A stretch of 37,439 nt of DNA from Pedosphaera sp. (GCA_031414955.1 JANOQV010000294.1:1-37439), one strand, 5' to 3'; counted from the stretch's first letter, positions 18,398 to 28,831 are shown. The notes: generated from the letters alone by a model not told the origin. Program-made: numbers and translations.

Positions 18398-19438
18398 ATG
18401 ATGAGAACAAAGAAGCGACAAACCAAGCCGTTGAAGACGAAGAAATTCGCCACGCCGAAGCTGCGCAGCCGAGCGCCCAAGCTCGGCCAGAAGATTCGAG
18501 GGACGCGCCAGAAACCTGCCGTGGCCCTGCCCAGCGTCTGGCCTGCCACGGCCACCACGACCTCCAACACCGCCACCGCGCCCGGATTTACGGAGAGCCT
18601 GAGCCGCGATCCCATTCGTATTTACATGCGCGAGATCGGCCAAGTGCCGTTGCTCACTCGTCAGGAGGAGAACGCGCTGGCCCGCCGCATCAAACGTGGA
18701 GACGCGGCGGCGCGCGATCACATGATTCGCGCCAACCTCCGCCTCGTGGTCAAGATCGCCCGCGACTACGAGAATTACGGCCTGCCTCTCCTGGATTTGA
18801 TCAGCGAAGGCAACATCGGATTGATGAAGGCGGTGGAGCGCTTCGATCCGCGCAAGGGCGCGAAGCTCTCCACTTATGCCGCCTGGTGGATCAAGCAGTC
18901 CGTGAAGCGAGCCCTGGCCGACCAGAGCAAGACCATCCGGCTGCCGGTGCATGTCGTCGATAAACTGTTCCACATCCGCAGGACCGAGACGATGCTGGTC
19001 GAGTTGCTCGGTCGCGAACCGTCGGACGCCGAGATCGCCGAGGAGATGGGCATGAAGACGGCCCAGGTCCGGGACTATCGCAAGGCCTCCATTTCCCCGA
19101 CTTCACTCGACGCGCAACTCGGCGATGACGACACAAACAAATTCGCCGACATCGTGGCCGACCAGAACGCAGTGGCACCGTTCCAGCAGGCCGTGGAGGA
19201 CAGCGACAATGAAATCATGCGTGAAGTCATCGCCACGCTTTCGCCACGCGAGCAGACGATTCTGCAACTGCGCTTCGGCCTGAGTGGCGGCGATGAGAAG
19301 ACGCTCGAAGAGGTCGGGCAGCAATTCGGCGTCACTCGTGAACGCATTCGCCAGATCCAGGACGAAGCGTTGCGCAAACTGCGCAAGCGCATCGAGCGCC
19401 GCGACAAGCGGAAGGACGAGATCGCGCAGGCCGCGTAA
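18398..19438 (+). CDS. RNA polymerase sigma factor, RpoD/SigA family (compact, no region 1.1)
   Basis: DPIRIYMREIG (1.2), NLRLVVKIA and DLISEGNIGLMKAVERFD and STYAAWWIKQ (2), TIRLPVH (3), TLEEVGQQFGVTRERIRQI (4.2). RBS GGAAAGGA; starts 13 bp after the RND stop. Confidence 0.93.
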   Translation: MMRTKKRQTKPLKTKKFATPKLRSRAPKLGQKIRGTRQKPAVALPSVWPATATTTSNTATAPGFTESLSRDPIRIYMREIGQVPLLTRQEENALARRIKRGDAAARDHMIRANLRLVVKIARDYENYGLPLLDLISEGNIGLMKAVERFDPRKGAKLSTYAAWWIKQSVKRALADQSKTIRLPVHVVDKLFHIRRTETMLVELLGREPSDAEIAEEMGMKTAQVRDYRKASISPTSLDAQLGDDDTNKFADIVADQNAVAPFQQAVEDSDNEIMREVIATLSPREQTILQLRFGLSGGDEKTLEEVGQQFGVTRERIRQIQDEALRKLRKRIERRDKRKDEIAQAA

Positions 19439-19465
19439 GCACGCGGGGAAAACCCAGTCGATTCG

Positions 19466-19493
19466 TGAAGCGCCGGTTGGCCCCGGCGCTTCA
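19466..19493. terminator. 11-bp hairpin downstream of the sigma gene
   Basis: TGAAGCGCCGG-TTGGCC-CCGGCGCTTCA. No clear U-tract on the + strand. Confidence 0.4.
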
Positions 19494-19517
19494 AACTGTA
19501 CCGGACAGGCGACCAAC

Positions 19518-19544
19518 AAAAAAGGCACCGCGCGGCGGTGCCTT
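19518..19544 (-). terminator. intrinsic terminator of the cytochrome c gene
   Basis: AAGGCACCGC-GCG-GCGGTGCCTT preceded by an A-run, which reads as a U-tract on the minus strand. Lies between convergent genes. Confidence 0.7.
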
Positions 19545-19574
19545 AATGAAACGAGTTGGATCCGGCTGGAGCGA

Positions 19575-20000
19575 TTACTTCGCACCCTGTTCGATCCAGG
19601 CGCGAACCAATCCGATTTCCTCCTTGGTCAGCGGGGCGATCTTCGCCTTGTTGCCCTTGGGCGGCATATACATCTCCTCGTCCTCGACGATCTGGGCCAC
19701 CATGGCGATGAGCGGGCTTTTGGCCAGGTCACCCGCCGTCACCGACGCGCCTTCGCCACCGCCCTTGAGCACGTTGGCCTTGGTGTCGGAGCGAAACTTG
19801 CCCTTGGGCTTCTCCACATCCGCGCCGTGGCACTTGGCGCAGGACTTCTCGAACATCGGCTTGATGTCGGTGTCGAATGTCACGCCGGCCTTGGCTGCCG
19901 CTGGCGGCAGCTTGGCCACGTCAATTTTCATATCCGCCGCACCCAGGACGAGCGCGCCGGCCACCACGGAAAATCCAATCCAGATTGTTTTCTTGTTCAT
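19575..20000 (-). CDS. secreted planctomycete-type cytochrome c domain protein
   Basis: Signal peptide, VTFDTDIKPMFEKSCAKCHG (CxxCH), MPPKG (axial Met), LTKEEIGLVRAWIEQGAK. ATG 20000. Confidence 0.9.
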   Translation of the reverse strand: MNKKTIWIGFSVVAGALVLGAADMKIDVAKLPPAAAKAGVTFDTDIKPMFEKSCAKCHGADVEKPKGKFRSDTKANVLKGGGEGASVTAGDLAKSPLIAMVAQIVEDEEMYMPPKGNKAKIAPLTKEEIGLVRAWIEQGAK

Positions 20001-20050
20001 AAATATGTCGTTCGGACGTTGCTTAACGAATCGCCATTCAGAGCGCAAGT

Positions 20051-21193
20051 TCACTTCGCTTTCTTGACCTTCTCCCACCGTTTTGTCTTCGCCGACTTGA
20101 GCACCGCATCGGTGACATAATCGGTGGCAAGTCCATCCTTGAAGGTCGGGCCGGCCAGTTTTCCCTCGGATAATCCTCGGATGAAGTCCGCGACCTGATG
20201 CACGAACGTCTCGGCGTAACCGATCTGCAAGCCGGGCACCCACCAGTTCTTCATGTAGGGATGATCACCGTCCGTGATGTGGACCGACTTCCAGCCGCGC
20301 ACCTTGCTCTCGTCCTTGTAGTCAAACACCTGGAGGCGGTGCAAGTCGTGCAAGTCCCAGAACAGCGAGCCGTTCTCGCCGTTGATTTCCAAGGTGTAGA
20401 GCGCCTTGTGCCCGCGCGCATAACGCGTGGACTCGAAGGTCGCCAGCGAGCCGTTGCTGAAGCGCGCCAGAAACAGGCTCGCGTCGTCGATGCTCACCTT
20501 CTCCACCTTGCCGGTCAGGGTGTGCTTGCGTTCCTTGATGAAGGTCTCGGTCGTGGCCGTGACCGTGTCGATGGTACCGTTCAACCACATGGCCGTGTCG
20601 ATGCAATGCGCGAGCAGATCGCCCGTGACGCCGCTGCCGGCGACCTTGGCATCCAGCCGCCACAGCCCCGCCCCGCCCTGCGGCAGATCGGCGCTGATGG
20701 TCCAGTCCTGTAAAAACTTGGCGCGATAGTGGAACACGCGCCCGAGCCGGCCTTCTTCGATCAGTTGTTTCGCGAGCATGACGGCCGGCACGCGACGGTA
20801 ATTGTACCAAACCATGTTCGGCACGCGCGCTTTGTGCACGGCCGCGACCATTTTCTCCGCCTCCGGGCCAGTCATGGCCAGCGGCTTCTCGCACAGGATG
20901 GCCTTGCCCGCCTTGGCGGCGGCGATGGCGATCTCGGCATGGACGTTATTCGGCGCGGCAATGTCGATGACGTCGATGTCATCGCGCGCGATGAGTTGCC
21001 GCCAGTCCGTCTCCACGGACTCGTAGCCCCACTGGGCGGCGAAGGCCTTGGCCTTGCCGGCGTCGCGGGCGCAGACGGCCTTGAGCACGGGTTTGTATTC
21101 GAGGTCAAAAAACTGGCTGACCTGCTTGTAAGCGTTGGAGTGCGTCCGGCCCATGAAGCCGTACCCGATGATGCCGATGCGTAATGGTTTCAT
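20051..21193 (-). CDS. Gfo/Idh/MocA family oxidoreductase
   Basis: [37 protein letters not shown] 21193. Confidence 0.95.
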   Translation of the reverse strand: MKPLRIGIIGYGFMGRTHSNAYKQVSQFFDLEYKPVLKAVCARDAGKAKAFAAQWGYESVETDWRQLIARDDIDVIDIAAPNNVHAEIAIAAAKAGKAILCEKPLAMTGPEAEKMVAAVHKARVPNMVWYNYRRVPAVMLAKQLIEEGRLGRVFHYRAKFLQDWTISADLPQGGAGLWRLDAKVAGSGVTGDLLAHCIDTAMWLNGTIDTVTATTETFIKERKHTLTGKVEKVSIDDASLFLARFSNGSLATFESTRYARGHKALYTLEINGENGSLFWDLHDLHRLQVFDYKDESKVRGWKSVHITDGDHPYMKNWWVPGLQIGYAETFVHQVADFIRGLSEGKLAGPTFKDGLATDYVTDAVLKSAKTKRWEKVKKAK

Positions 21194-21305
21194 TGCTGCG
21201 TAATTCGAGCAAAAGAGAATCGTCCGCCTGCGGCCAACGCAAGTCGAAACACAGACGGAGTGAAATCCTGAACGGCACCCTGCCCCGGCTGCCGTCGCGG
21301 GCGGT

Positions 21306-21334
21306 TTGACACTCTGGGCACAGGTTGCTACTTT
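21306..21334 (+). promoter_or_regulatory. sigma70 promoter of the erpA-like gene
   Basis: TTGACA (21306-21311), 17 bp spacer, TACTTT (21329-21334), with an extended TGn. Confidence 0.7.
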
Positions 21335-21347
21335 CGGCCCAAGATTT

Positions 21348-21698
21348 ATGAGTGAAGCGACCCAAACCGAAGCTGGCGCGGTAACCCTGACGGAAAGCGC
21401 GGCGAAGCAGATCCAGCAGATGCTGACCAGTCCCGAAAATGCGGGCAAGAACCTGCGCGTTTACGTCGAAGGCGGCGGCTGCTCCGGGCTGCAATACGGC
21501 ATGGTCTTTGACGAAAAGCGCGCCGACGACATGACAGCGGATTACTTCGGCGTGAGCGTGCTGGTCGATCCGTTCAGCGCCAACTACCTGCGTGGCGCGA
21601 ACATCGACTTCTCCGAGGAACTGACCGGCGGCGGGTTCAAGATTTCCAATCCCAACGCACACTCGAGTTGCGGTTGCGGCAAATCCTTCGAAGCGTAA
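21348..21698 (+). CDS. erpA: A-type iron-sulfur cluster carrier (ErpA/IscA, HesB family)
   Basis: [32 protein letters not shown] 21348. ErpA versus IscA is not resolved. Confidence 0.9.
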   Translation: MSEATQTEAGAVTLTESAAKQIQQMLTSPENAGKNLRVYVEGGGCSGLQYGMVFDEKRADDMTADYFGVSVLVDPFSANYLRGANIDFSEELTGGGFKISNPNAHSSCGCGKSFEA

Positions 21699-21768
21699 CC
21701 GCTCCGGACGGTACGGGTTGAATGGCCGTCCCGTGCCTCGCAAAACCGCTTTCCCATTTGGAGCCCGC

Positions 21769-23184
21769 TCAGACCCGCTTCAGCCGCGGCCCTTTGGGCG
21801 TGTCTTCGATTACCCAGCCCTGCGCCTTCAACTCGTCGCGGATGGCATCGGACTTTTTGAAATCCTTGGCCTTCCGCGCGGCCTGACGTTCTTCCAGCAG
21901 TGATGACAACTCCGCCGGCGGACCTTCTTCGCGCGGAACGCCCAGGCCCAGAACTGAATCAATTTTGAACCACGCCGCCAGCGCGTCGGCCGCGGCCTGC
22001 GGCGAAACAGACTTCTCGGCGAGCGCTTTGTTCGTGACCCGCACCCAGCCAAATACCGCCCCCCAGGCAGAGGAGACATTTAGGTCGTCATCCAGTGCGC
22101 TGGCGAAAGTCGCGACCAAAACATCGTCCGCCCTCGGGAAACCAGCGACCGACGGCAGCTCAAGCAACTCATGCAGCTTCGCCAGGCACTCATCCAGGCG
22201 AGCCAGCGCCACGCGTGCTCCTTCGAGTCCTTCCAGGGTGAAGTTAAATGTCTCCCGGTAATGCGAACTCACCAGGAGGTAACGCACTTCGCGCCCGGTG
22301 AAACCCTTCGCCAGCAAATCACGCAGCGTGAAAAAATTTCCGAGCGACTTGCTCATCTTCCGGCCCTCGACCAGCAGATGCGCGCCGTGCAGCCAATATT
22401 TCACGAAGGGCTTTCCCGTCGCGCCTTCGCTCTGCGCGATCTCGTCCTCATGATGCGGGAAGGCCAGATCCTCGCCGCCGAGGTGCAAGTCGAAGCTCGG
22501 TCCAAGGAGCTTCATGCTCATGGCGGAACACTCGATGTGCCATCCGGGCCGGCCTTGCCCCCACGGGCTGTCCCAGAAGACCGTGCCATCGTCCGGCACG
22601 CGCGCCTTCCAGAGCGCGAAGTCAGCCAGCGATTCCTTCTCGTACTCGTCGCTGCTCACGCGGGCACCCGCGCGCATCTCGTCAAAGTTCAGCTTCACGA
22701 GCTGGCCGTATTGGCAGCCACAGCCGCGATACTTCTCGATGCTGAAATAGACGGAGTGGTCCGCCGCCCGGTAGGCGATGCCGCGCGCCAGCAGCTTCTC
22801 GATCAGCGAAATGATTTCCGGGATGAAGTCCGTGGCGTGCGGCAGATCATGCGGACGCAGGCAACGCAACTCGTCGAGATCCTTCAGGAACTCCTGCTCG
22901 TAGAAGCCGGTGTAATCGCGCAGTGACTGGCCGGTCTCGCGCACGCGCTTGATGATCTTGTCCTCCACGTCGGTGATGTTCATGACGTGGCGCACGGCGT
23001 AGCCCTTGAAATCCAGATAGCGCCGCACCAGGTCGGAGAAGACGAAGGTGCGAAAATTTCCGATGTGGCCGTAGTCGTACACGGTCGGCCCGCAGCAGTA
23101 CATGGCGACGGTTTTACCCGCCGGGTCCAGCGGCGAAAACTCCTGCACCGAGCGCGACAACGTGTTGAACAGCTTCAATCCCAT
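21769..23184 (-). CDS. cysS: cysteine--tRNA ligase
   Basis: CGPTVYDYGHIGN, DFALWK, GRPGWHIECSAM, GGEDLAFPHHEDEIAQSE, KMSKSLGN. Confidence 0.98.
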   Translation of the reverse strand: MGLKLFNTLSRSVQEFSPLDPAGKTVAMYCCGPTVYDYGHIGNFRTFVFSDLVRRYLDFKGYAVRHVMNITDVEDKIIKRVRETGQSLRDYTGFYEQEFLKDLDELRCLRPHDLPHATDFIPEIISLIEKLLARGIAYRAADHSVYFSIEKYRGCGCQYGQLVKLNFDEMRAGARVSSDEYEKESLADFALWKARVPDDGTVFWDSPWGQGRPGWHIECSAMSMKLLGPSFDLHLGGEDLAFPHHEDEIAQSEGATGKPFVKYWLHGAHLLVEGRKMSKSLGNFFTLRDLLAKGFTGREVRYLLVSSHYRETFNFTLEGLEGARVALARLDECLAKLHELLELPSVAGFPRADDVLVATFASALDDDLNVSSAWGAVFGWVRVTNKALAEKSVSPQAAADALAAWFKIDSVLGLGVPREEGPPAELSSLLEERQAARKAKDFKKSDAIRDELKAQGWVIEDTPKGPRLKRV

Positions 23185-23264
23185 AGCAAGGCCGGACAGC
23201 GTAATGACGACAGGCGGCGAGGGAAGCGCAAACTCGTGTGGCGAAACTTGGAAACGTCATCAAC

Positions 23265-23312
23265 ACGAGACTGGAAAGTCTCGTCACCTGCCGGCTGGAA
23301 AGCCGGCGTTAC
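23265..23312. repeat. REP-like tandem hairpins
   Basis: ACGAGACT-GGAA-AGTCTCGT (23265-84) and GCCGGCT-GGAA-AGCCGGC-GTTAC (23290-312). Confidence 0.7.
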
Positions 23313-23361
23313 AAGCTCTTCCTCGGCGTGGCAGCAGCCGCAAGCTGCACCGATCTTTGCG

Positions 23362-24711
23362 CTATATTTTCCAGCCTGGACGGTAGTGGTGCTGGATCAA
23401 CTCCTCGGCCTCGGGGCAGTTGGTGGCACGCAGGTTCTTCGCATCCCAATCAAGACGACGTCCGAGCCGGAAAGCGACGTTGCCCAGCAACGCGGTTTCG
23501 GAGAGCGGTCCAGAGTGGCCGAAGGGACAAGTCGTAGGGCCGCCAGTCTTGATCGCCTGCGTCCACTCCTTGTGGTGGCCGATGGAGTTGGGGATGGATT
23601 CCGCAGGGCGCTGGAAATCCTTGAACTTCTCCTCGGGCAAAAGCGTGTGGCGTCCGTAGTCGGAGACGAGCATCCCCTTCTCGCCGACAAAGAGCACGCC
23701 GCTCTTGTACTTCGCGAACAACGCGTCATCGACAATCTCGGGACGCTTGCCGCCGTGATACCAGGTGAGGGCGAGCGGTCCTACGGTCACGGGTTTAGGC
23801 AGATGAAATTCCCTGAATTGAAATCGCACAATGAGCCACGGCGGGGTGGACTCAGGATGCACCGCCGGACCGGCGATCGGCTCGACGCTGGTGGGATACC
23901 CCAGCCCCAGCGCCCAGAACGGCAGGTCCATGAAGTGGCAGCCGAAGTCCGCCAGCGAGCCGCCGCCGAAATGCCACCAGTTCCGCCATTTGAAATGTCC
24001 GAAGTCGGGATGATACGGGTGCGGCTTCACCGGCCCGAGCCACAGATCCCAGTCCAGATTGGCCGGCACGGGCGGGCGCTCCTTGGGCGCGTCGTTGCCG
24101 CCGTAGACCGCGCCGGCCCAGACATGAACTTCCTTCACTGCGCCGACCGCGCCGCTTTGCACCAACTCAACCACGCGCCGGTAATTGTTCCCCGCGTGAA
24201 TCTGCGTGCCGATCTGCGTGACCAGCTTGGTCTTCGCCGCCAGCTCAGTGATGATCCGCGCCTCGGAGACGGTGTGGGTGAGCGGCTTCTCGCAATAGAC
24301 GTGACGACCGCTGCGCAAGGCCGCGGCGGTGGCCACGGCATGAGTGTGGTCCGGCGTGGCCACGAGGATGGCGTCAATGTCGCCCTGGTCGATGAGGCGG
24401 CGGAAGTCCGAATAGGTTTTCGCCGACGGAAACTTCTGCGCGGCGGCCGCGAGACGCTGTGAATCCACATCGCACAAGGCCACGATGTTTTCCAATTTGG
24501 CGACCTCGGACAGGTTCTCGCCGCCACGGCCGGCCACGCCGATGACGGCGAGGTTGAGCTTGTCGTTGGCGGAAAGTTTCCGGGCCGCCCGGGCCAGACC
24601 CTGGCTGCCGGTAAACGTGGCCCCTGCCGCAGCCAGGCCGACGGCGCGGAGAAATTCACGACGGGGGAGGGACGCGATGGAACGTGCGCTGGCGCTGGTG
24701 TGATGTGGCAT
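23362..24711 (-). CDS. Tat-exported Gfo/Idh/MocA family oxidoreductase
   Basis: PRREFL twin-arginine signal, AVIGVAGRG, ATPDHTHA, YCEKPLT, WDLWLGP, DFGCHFMD. Confidence 0.93.
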   Translation of the reverse strand: MPHHTSASARSIASLPRREFLRAVGLAAAGATFTGSQGLARAARKLSANDKLNLAVIGVAGRGGENLSEVAKLENIVALCDVDSQRLAAAAQKFPSAKTYSDFRRLIDQGDIDAILVATPDHTHAVATAAALRSGRHVYCEKPLTHTVSEARIITELAAKTKLVTQIGTQIHAGNNYRRVVELVQSGAVGAVKEVHVWAGAVYGGNDAPKERPPVPANLDWDLWLGPVKPHPYHPDFGHFKWRNWWHFGGGSLADFGCHFMDLPFWALGLGYPTSVEPIAGPAVHPESTPPWLIVRFQFREFHLPKPVTVGPLALTWYHGGKRPEIVDDALFAKYKSGVLFVGEKGMLVSDYGRHTLLPEEKFKDFQRPAESIPNSIGHHKEWTQAIKTGGPTTCPFGHSGPLSETALLGNVAFRLGRRLDWDAKNLRATNCPEAEELIQHHYRPGWKI

Positions 24712-24758
24712 GAGGAGGAGTTACCAGAATCGCCGCGCGGCCCGCAATCAAAGTCTGC

Positions 24759-27266
24759 TCAAGGCTGCACCGGCACGCGGGCCGACACCGGGCTGCTCCA
24801 GCGGTTCGCGCTGCGCGTGCGGGCAATGACCTTGGCGGCATTCGTCACCGCCACCGGAGCCTGCACCGCCTGCGCGACGGTCGAGGTCGAGCCGTCCGCC
24901 GCGCGCGGGTCGCTGCCATCCGTGGTAATGAACACCTGGCCGGTCGGCGCGGTGAACTGGAGCAGGTTCGACGACGCGGCATCCGGCACGCGCGTCACGA
25001 CCGGCGGCGGCACGAACTGCGCGTCCATCCAGGCCACACGATTGGTCAGCCAAGTCTTGAGCATCTGGATTTCTTCCGCGTAGGTCTTGCCGGCTTCGTA
25101 GTTCGGCTCGATCACCACGCCGAGGATGGGCCAGCGCTCGAAATTACGCGCCGCCGGTTCCTGGAGCGCCGCCGCCATCTGGTCCACGCGCCCGAGCAGG
25201 TTCGAGGTGGCGAAAACATTGGTGCGCCACTGCGCCCAACGATCCACGTAGCGCTGGCCGAACTCCGGGTCTTCAAACAACCGGCGATACCACGAGTACT
25301 GCTGGTCATCGAGTTGCGGCCAGTACCAGTGCTCGGACTGGTAGCCCTGCTTGCCCTTGGCGTTACCGAAGCTCAGGTTCCAATCCCAGACCGGCTCCAT
25401 CTTCAGTTTACCGCCGCGCTCCTTGGTGAAATAGGTGCTGAAACGAAAGCCGTCCACGTTCTTGGTCGCCTCGACAAACAGATGATGGTCAATGAAGGAA
25501 TCGACTTCGAGGTACGCGGCGTAGCCGTTGCTCGGACTGCGGAAGTCCTGGCCGTAGAGCGCCAACTCCAAGCGGTTCAGATAGCCGCCCAGCCAGGCGC
25601 GCTGCCCTGCGGTTATCTTCGTCGGCTTGGGATCGACATAGAAAAAAGCGTTCGCGTAAGCAGTGTTAAACCCCTGCCCCGTCGCCTCCAGTTTCAACGC
25701 GAGAGCGGAAGGCGTGGGCGGCCCGATGCGGAAGACGTTGGTCACGAGCACGGCGTTGGTGGTGATGACCGGCACGGCGGCGACGACCAGGTTCGTGACG
25801 GCGACGGCGTTGGTGGCGACGAGGAGGTTCGTGACCACGGTGGCGTTCGTCACCACCACCAGATTGGTCACGGCCACGAAGTTCGTGCGGTAAGTGGTCG
25901 AAGCGGTGATGGAGACGGTGGTCGTGATGACGGCGGTGATCGAGTCCACCAGATTGGTGGTGGCGACCTGATTCGTCCCGCTCACGGACTGACTGGCCAC
26001 GACGGCGTTGGTGGCGGGGACCGCGTTGGTCACGACGGCGAAGTTGGTAGCGACCAGACTATTGGTGACCACGACGAGGTTGGTGGCCGGAACGGCGTTG
26101 GTCAAACTGACCAGATTGGTGACGGCGGGATAATTGGTTTTGATCGCGATGACCGAAAGCACCGGCACCAGCACGTTCGTGCCCGCGACCAAATTTGTTT
26201 CCATCACCGAGTTCGTGACGGCCGAGAGGAGGTTGCTGAAGGCTGGATGGGGAGCGGGCGGCAAAAAGCCCGCCACCGCCGCCGGAAATCCGCCCGGACC
26301 GGAAGGCAGCGGCCCGCTCAAGCTCGGCGGCTTGCTCCGCGCCGGACCGTCCGCCGGCACTTCGCCCAGCACTTTTTCCAGATGATCCTTCTTGAAGAGA
26401 TAACCGCCGGAGATTTCCGGCTCGGCCTCGTGTTTCGGCGAGAGCTTGCTCAACGACACGCGATTCGTGGCGACTTTGATCTTCTCCTCCAGCACATACA
26501 CGCCGGCGTAGTGTGCGCGCGCGAGCTGGTTCGTGCTGTCATTGATGAACACCTCCACAAACCTGGTGCGGCTGGCGTAGTGACCGAGGCGGTTGCTCAA
26601 TTCATAGGCCAGCACGTCGCGCAGCATCGTCTTGTCCGCGTAGGGCGCGTAGAGAATCCAGTCGTGGTCCGCCGGCATCCCCAGCAAGGACACCGGCGCG
26701 TTCTCGCCCGCCGCATCCAGCGTCTCGACCGCGTAGGATTTCTTGGGCTGCCGCAGCGAAGTGAAACCGCGCGCCTTGATGCTGATCGGGCCGGAGAATT
26801 CCGCCGTCGCCCCCAGCAGGGTGGCGCGCTGATTGGTCGCGAGGCTGAACACATGCATCCAGATCACGGCGTTCGAGACCGGTGGCATGGGCTGGCCAAA
26901 CGAGTTCAGCACGATGAGCGGCAGCGTGGAGGAAAACCCGGCCACGTTCGTGTCGAGCACCGAGTAGGCTTCCGCCACGATTTGGCCGGCGTTGGTGCCG
27001 GACTCAAACACCCGCGCTTTCAACTGCGCAGAGTTGGTGATGAGCAACGGCGCGGAGTAGAGCGGCGCGTTGGTGCCCGGCTCAGTGCCGTCCAGCGTAT
27101 AGCGAACCTGGTTGGTTGGCCCGGCGATGGTCACCAGCACGTTGCTGGTGAAGAAGCCGCCCCGAGGAACCAAAGTCGGCGGCGGAACGGCGGCGAATGA
27201 CGTAAAGGTCATCACCACCAATCCAATCAAGCTGAGTGCGTTTGTGATTTGAAATCTCCCAAGCAT
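24759..27266 (-). CDS. secreted CotH-family kinase with chitobiase/FN3-like flanking domains and an internal TN-repeat insertion
   Basis: YTLDGTEP and TTDGSDP domains, ARGFTS..PKKSY, DWILYAPYADKTMLRD, YAGVYVLEEKIK, NVDGFRFSTY, PVWDWNLSFGN. Start uncertain (27266 versus 27353 or 27212). Confidence 0.85.
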   Translation of the reverse strand: MLGRFQITNALSLIGLVVMTFTSFAAVPPPTLVPRGGFFTSNVLVTIAGPTNQVRYTLDGTEPGTNAPLYSAPLLITNSAQLKARVFESGTNAGQIVAEAYSVLDTNVAGFSSTLPLIVLNSFGQPMPPVSNAVIWMHVFSLATNQRATLLGATAEFSGPISIKARGFTSLRQPKKSYAVETLDAAGENAPVSLLGMPADHDWILYAPYADKTMLRDVLAYELSNRLGHYASRTRFVEVFINDSTNQLARAHYAGVYVLEEKIKVATNRVSLSKLSPKHEAEPEISGGYLFKKDHLEKVLGEVPADGPARSKPPSLSGPLPSGPGGFPAAVAGFLPPAPHPAFSNLLSAVTNSVMETNLVAGTNVLVPVLSVIAIKTNYPAVTNLVSLTNAVPATNLVVVTNSLVATNFAVVTNAVPATNAVVASQSVSGTNQVATTNLVDSITAVITTTVSITASTTYRTNFVAVTNLVVVTNATVVTNLLVATNAVAVTNLVVAAVPVITTNAVLVTNVFRIGPPTPSALALKLEATGQGFNTAYANAFFYVDPKPTKITAGQRAWLGGYLNRLELALYGQDFRSPSNGYAAYLEVDSFIDHHLFVEATKNVDGFRFSTYFTKERGGKLKMEPVWDWNLSFGNAKGKQGYQSEHWYWPQLDDQQYSWYRRLFEDPEFGQRYVDRWAQWRTNVFATSNLLGRVDQMAAALQEPAARNFERWPILGVVIEPNYEAGKTYAEEIQMLKTWLTNRVAWMDAQFVPPPVVTRVPDAASSNLLQFTAPTGQVFITTDGSDPRAADGSTSTVAQAVQAPVAVTNAAKVIARTRSANRWSSPVSARVPVQP
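25731..26222 (-). repeat. intragenic degenerate 18-bp (hexapeptide xxTNxx) repeat
   Basis: 21 Thr-Asn dipeptides, mostly 6 residues apart (AVTNLV SLTNAV PATNLV VVTNSL VATNFA..). Confidence 0.9.
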
Positions 27267-27394
27267 AATGCTTCCGGGGTTTTCTGACGCCCGCCAGCCG
27301 GGCTTCTTCGAGGAAGTTTTCTCGGGGTCGAAAACGGAATCACCCTCGACCATCGGATTTCATTCCGGGATCGAGGGTGAAATTCGCGCCGCGA

Positions 27395-28735
27395 TTACAG
27401 CTTCTTGATCCGCACGTTGCGGAAGGCCACGGGATCGTTGTGCCCGGCGAAACCAAAAAAGCCGGTCGCGCGCTCCTTGCCCGGATGCGGACTCTTGGCC
27501 ATGTACTCGGTCACCTTGGAGAGGTCCGTGTCGAGGATCACGGTTCCGTTCAGTTCCACTTTGATCGTGGAACCCTTCACCGTCACCTCCTGGAAATTCC
27601 AGTCACCCACGGGGTGCTGATAGCCGCGCTGCGCGGCGGCCATGCCGTAGGCCGAGCCATGGGTCTGGCGTGGATCGATTTTGCCCTTCACTTTGTCATA
27701 GTTGTCGTCCAGCACCTGCAACTCGCACATGCCGGCGTAAGCGGTGTCGCCCTGGCCGGGGTAGCGAAGGGCGAGGCCGTTGTTGCCGCCGGACGGCACT
27801 TTGAATTCCAAACGGGCCACGAAGTCACCGAGTTCCTCCTGGGCGTAAATCGTTCCGCCCTTGCCCGCCTTGCAGATGACAGCCCCGTCCTTCACTTCGT
27901 AATTATCCACCGGCCCGGCCCAGCCCGTGAAGTCCCGGCCGTTGAAGATGGACTTGAAGCCCTGCTCGCCGTGGCTGGCCAGAATGCGGCGGGCCTCCTC
28001 GCCGCCGATCTCGCGCAACTTGACGTTGCGCCAGCGAATCTCGCCGCCGTGGGTCTGGAGTTGAATCGGCCCCTTGGCCGGGACGCCAGCCTTGCGGTCG
28101 TAATAGTTCTCCATGATCGCATGGTCCACCGTGAGCTGGCCGTTCAGCCAGATGCTCACACGCGAGCCGACCATGAGGATGCGGAACTTGTTCCACTCGC
28201 CAAAGGGTTTGTCGGCCAGCACGAGCGGGTCTTTGCCGGGTGCGCCGGGGCTGTTGTTCCAGAGACCGCCGCTGCCTTTGTTTCCGCCGATGTTGAACTT
28301 GGCCTTCTCAGTGGAATCCCAGATCTGCACCTGCGGCACGCCGCGCAGGTAAATGCCCGAGTCCGCCAGCGGCACCGTCTTGTATTCCAGCAGCAACTCG
28401 AAATCGCCGTAGTCCTTCTCCGTGGTGGCGTAAGCGCCGAAGCCGTCGTTCACCAGCTCCTCATTCTCCACGTACCAGTGCGACTTCCCGGTCTTGTCGC
28501 TCTTGGCCATCATGGATTTGTTCCACTTGTCGATCTGCTCGGCGCGCTTTTCCTCGGTCAGGGCGAGGAGCTTGCGGTGATCAAACGTATCGCCGCCGCG
28601 CCAGCCGGTCAGATCCTTGCCGTTGAACAACGGAACGAAGTCGGAGTTGGCCGCCCGGCTCATGGCACAACCCGCCAGCACGCCCGCCACCAGGCACACG
28701 GACAAGGCTCGCGATAATTTTTGGAGTGAATTCAT
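27395..28735 (-). CDS. tandem DUF1080 (3-keto-disaccharide hydrolase family) lipoprotein
   Basis: Lipobox VLAGC. Two domains begin LFNGKDLTGW and IFNGRDFTGW and end IQLQTHG..WRNVKLRE and GFAGHNDPVAFRNVRIK. Confidence 0.92.
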   Translation of the reverse strand: MNSLQKLSRALSVCLVAGVLAGCAMSRAANSDFVPLFNGKDLTGWRGGDTFDHRKLLALTEEKRAEQIDKWNKSMMAKSDKTGKSHWYVENEELVNDGFGAYATTEKDYGDFELLLEYKTVPLADSGIYLRGVPQVQIWDSTEKAKFNIGGNKGSGGLWNNSPGAPGKDPLVLADKPFGEWNKFRILMVGSRVSIWLNGQLTVDHAIMENYYDRKAGVPAKGPIQLQTHGGEIRWRNVKLREIGGEEARRILASHGEQGFKSIFNGRDFTGWAGPVDNYEVKDGAVICKAGKGGTIYAQEELGDFVARLEFKVPSGGNNGLALRYPGQGDTAYAGMCELQVLDDNYDKVKGKIDPRQTHGSAYGMAAAQRGYQHPVGDWNFQEVTVKGSTIKVELNGTVILDTDLSKVTEYMAKSPHPGKERATGFFGFAGHNDPVAFRNVRIKKL

Positions 28736-28831
28736 GGCGCTGGTTTAATGAAAGCCTCTGCGCATGGGAAGCCCATTTCTGCGCGCGGCCTGAAGTCTCT
28801 CCCCTGGCGCACCACTGCTGAGGTGCGCGTT

